From: a virus
DNA: 64,000 bases
IMG/VR virus record: IMGVR_UViG_3300034158_000007
Coordinates: 1 to 64,000 of that record
Reading direction: 5' to 3' (one strand)
Positions 63,071 through 64,000 of this stretch are shown one piece after another. Numbering within the stretch: the first letter of the stretch is position 1; each line of letters begins with the position of its first letter. The notes beneath the pieces are model-generated. The model worked only from the letters and a program-made list of their open reading frames with translations, had not been told where the DNA came from and searched no databases. Position numbers and translations under genes: made by a program.

Positions 63071-63102
63071 AAAGCCCCTACCAGACGGTGGGGGCTTTAT
63101 GC
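63071..63102 (+). repeat. Hairpin-TTTATG repeat element
   Basis: AAAGCCCCTACC-AGAC-GGTGGGGGC-TTTATGC. Confidence 0.8.
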
Positions 63103-63121
63103 CGCTTTATAGGAGATATGA

Positions 63122-63475
63122 ATGTTGTATGCAAATCCGGTTACTAACATCCCAGCAATGATCAACGCCATCGGTCAAGTAGATCCAATCCGCCCAATCG
63201 AAATGATTGCCCCGGTTGAGAAAGTACTCTGGTCTGTAAAGAAGAAGCGTCAGCCCGGTGGCTACGTCGCTGTGGAGTACGGTGGTACCGTTTGCGTTGA
63301 GCGGGTAGGCGTTGGTCAGGCTATCCGTCAGGAACGCTTAGGCGCGCCCATAGACCGCTTTGAAGAACTCTTTCTGGCTGAGTCAGAAGATCATCTGGAT
63401 GGCGCCATCGAATATCTCGGTGGGGCATTCGGTATGTCATTCAACGATGTTGTGAATCAGGTCAATGTAGATTAG
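63122..63475 (+). CDS. Hypothetical protein
   Basis: AGGAG SD; 117 aa. Confidence 0.7.
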   Translation: MLYANPVTNIPAMINAIGQVDPIRPIEMIAPVEKVLWSVKKKRQPGGYVAVEYGGTVCVERVGVGQAIRQERLGAPIDRFEELFLAESEDHLDGAIEYLGGAFGMSFNDVVNQVNVD

Positions 63476-63490
63476 AACCTATCACAGCGC

Positions 63491-63508
63491 TATATTACTT
63501 TAGCGAAT
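63491..63508 (+). promoter_or_regulatory. phiKZ-type early promoter
   Basis: TATATTAC-TTTA-GCGAAT is a 17/18 match to 62161-62178. Confidence 0.85.
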
Positions 63509-63530
63509 AAACTAACTAGAGGTTAGCGTC

Positions 63531-63614
63531 ATGCGTAATGTATTTGGTTTGGTCCTGCTGGTAGTTGTAGCAGCAATCGTCATCGACATTTTGGATGAGG
63601 GGATCAATGCTTAA
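63531..63614 (+). CDS. Early single-TM microprotein, 27 aa (absent from the track)
   Basis: GAGG SD; MRNVFGLVLLVVVAAIVIDILDEGINA. Confidence 0.55.
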   Translation: MRNVFGLVLLVVVAAIVIDILDEGINA

Positions 63615-63951
63615 ACAGATAGCATCAGTGGGTACGGCACTGCTAGTATCGGCTGTCGTAGTGACAACCGCTGTTGCAGTTTCGGCGGCTTACATTGTCG
63701 TAGATCTGGACAAAGACTTTAATCGTATTCGTGACGCTGTTCGTAAACCGATCTTCATGTTGATCTTCGGTCTCGAGCGCGATGACGTCTATGCCCGTAT
63801 GAATCCAGATGACAAGTTGGCTGTAGTAATGCCCTTCGTCGAACACGCTTTAAAAACAACTCTCACTCGCTTCGGTGAAACCCTTCGACCAATGCTGGAA
63901 GAAGACATCCGTAGCAGTGTCATTAACTACATCAAAGGTAACTACAAATGA
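63607..63951 (+). CDS. Hypothetical protein with an N-terminal hydrophobic segment
   Basis: GAGGGG SD before ATG 63607; about 114 aa. Confidence 0.7.
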   Translation: MLKQIASVGTALLVSAVVVTTAVAVSAAYIVVDLDKDFNRIRDAVRKPIFMLIFGLERDDVYARMNPDDKLAVVMPFVEHALKTTLTRFGETLRPMLEEDIRSSVINYIKGNYK

Positions 63952-64000
63952 AATACGTAATCGGTGCAGCAGGCGTGGCAGCAGTTCTCGGTGGTGCAGC
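63948..64000 (+). CDS. Partial hydrophobic ORF running off the window end
   Basis: ATGA overlap; MKYVIGAAGVAAVLGGA... Confidence 0.55.
   Translation, partial: MKYVIGAAGVAAVLGGA

Noticed and set aside
23335-63102. Hairpin repeats as a CRISPR array or transposon ends
   Set aside because: Copies are dispersed singly at gene ends with no regular spacers, and no cas or transposase gene is present
1-64000. Assignment to a named phage species
   Set aside because: Family-level identity is clear, but a species call needs a nucleotide database search that I cannot run

Overview
This window is a 64 kb segment of a nucleus-forming jumbo phage genome (phiKZ-like, Chimalliviridae). The chimallin closely resembles Pseudomonas phage 201phi2-1 gp105 as I recall it. 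Gene order follows phiKZ gp54 to about gp101. (1) The phage-nucleus/non-virion RNA polymerase block spans 217-23334: chimallin ChmA, nvRNAP beta-prime N, a gp59-like protein, an SbcD-like nuclease, ChmC, the gp68 specificity subunit, PicA, gp70, nvRNAP beta C and beta-prime C, and an SF2 helicase. (2) Next come an array of small membrane proteins, gp76-gp81-like genes including a virion RNAP beta-prime subunit, a small accessory island (two tail-type genes, a MazG-like gene and a gene lacking a canonical start) and one half of the split family-B DNA polymerase. (3) A long virion/inner-head gene block spans 35867-61738. (4) An early accessory region with a stand-alone DarG-like macrodomain begins at 62.2 kb. 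I recognised no tRNA, rRNA, CRISPR array, integrase or intron. The core nucleus system is already described. The most interesting unexplained signals are: a dispersed, oriented CATA-hairpin-TTTATG repeat family at gene 3-prime ends; two junctions that look like -1 frameshift sites (DNA polymerase to the next ORF, and gp77 to gp76); a roughly 128-aa acidic insertion in the polymerase; a convergent tail-type gene pair bounded by a 16-bp inverted repeat; a cryptic paralogous beta-domain family; and 2-TM microprotein arrays. phiKZ gp numbers are assigned from remembered motifs and synteny, not from a database search.
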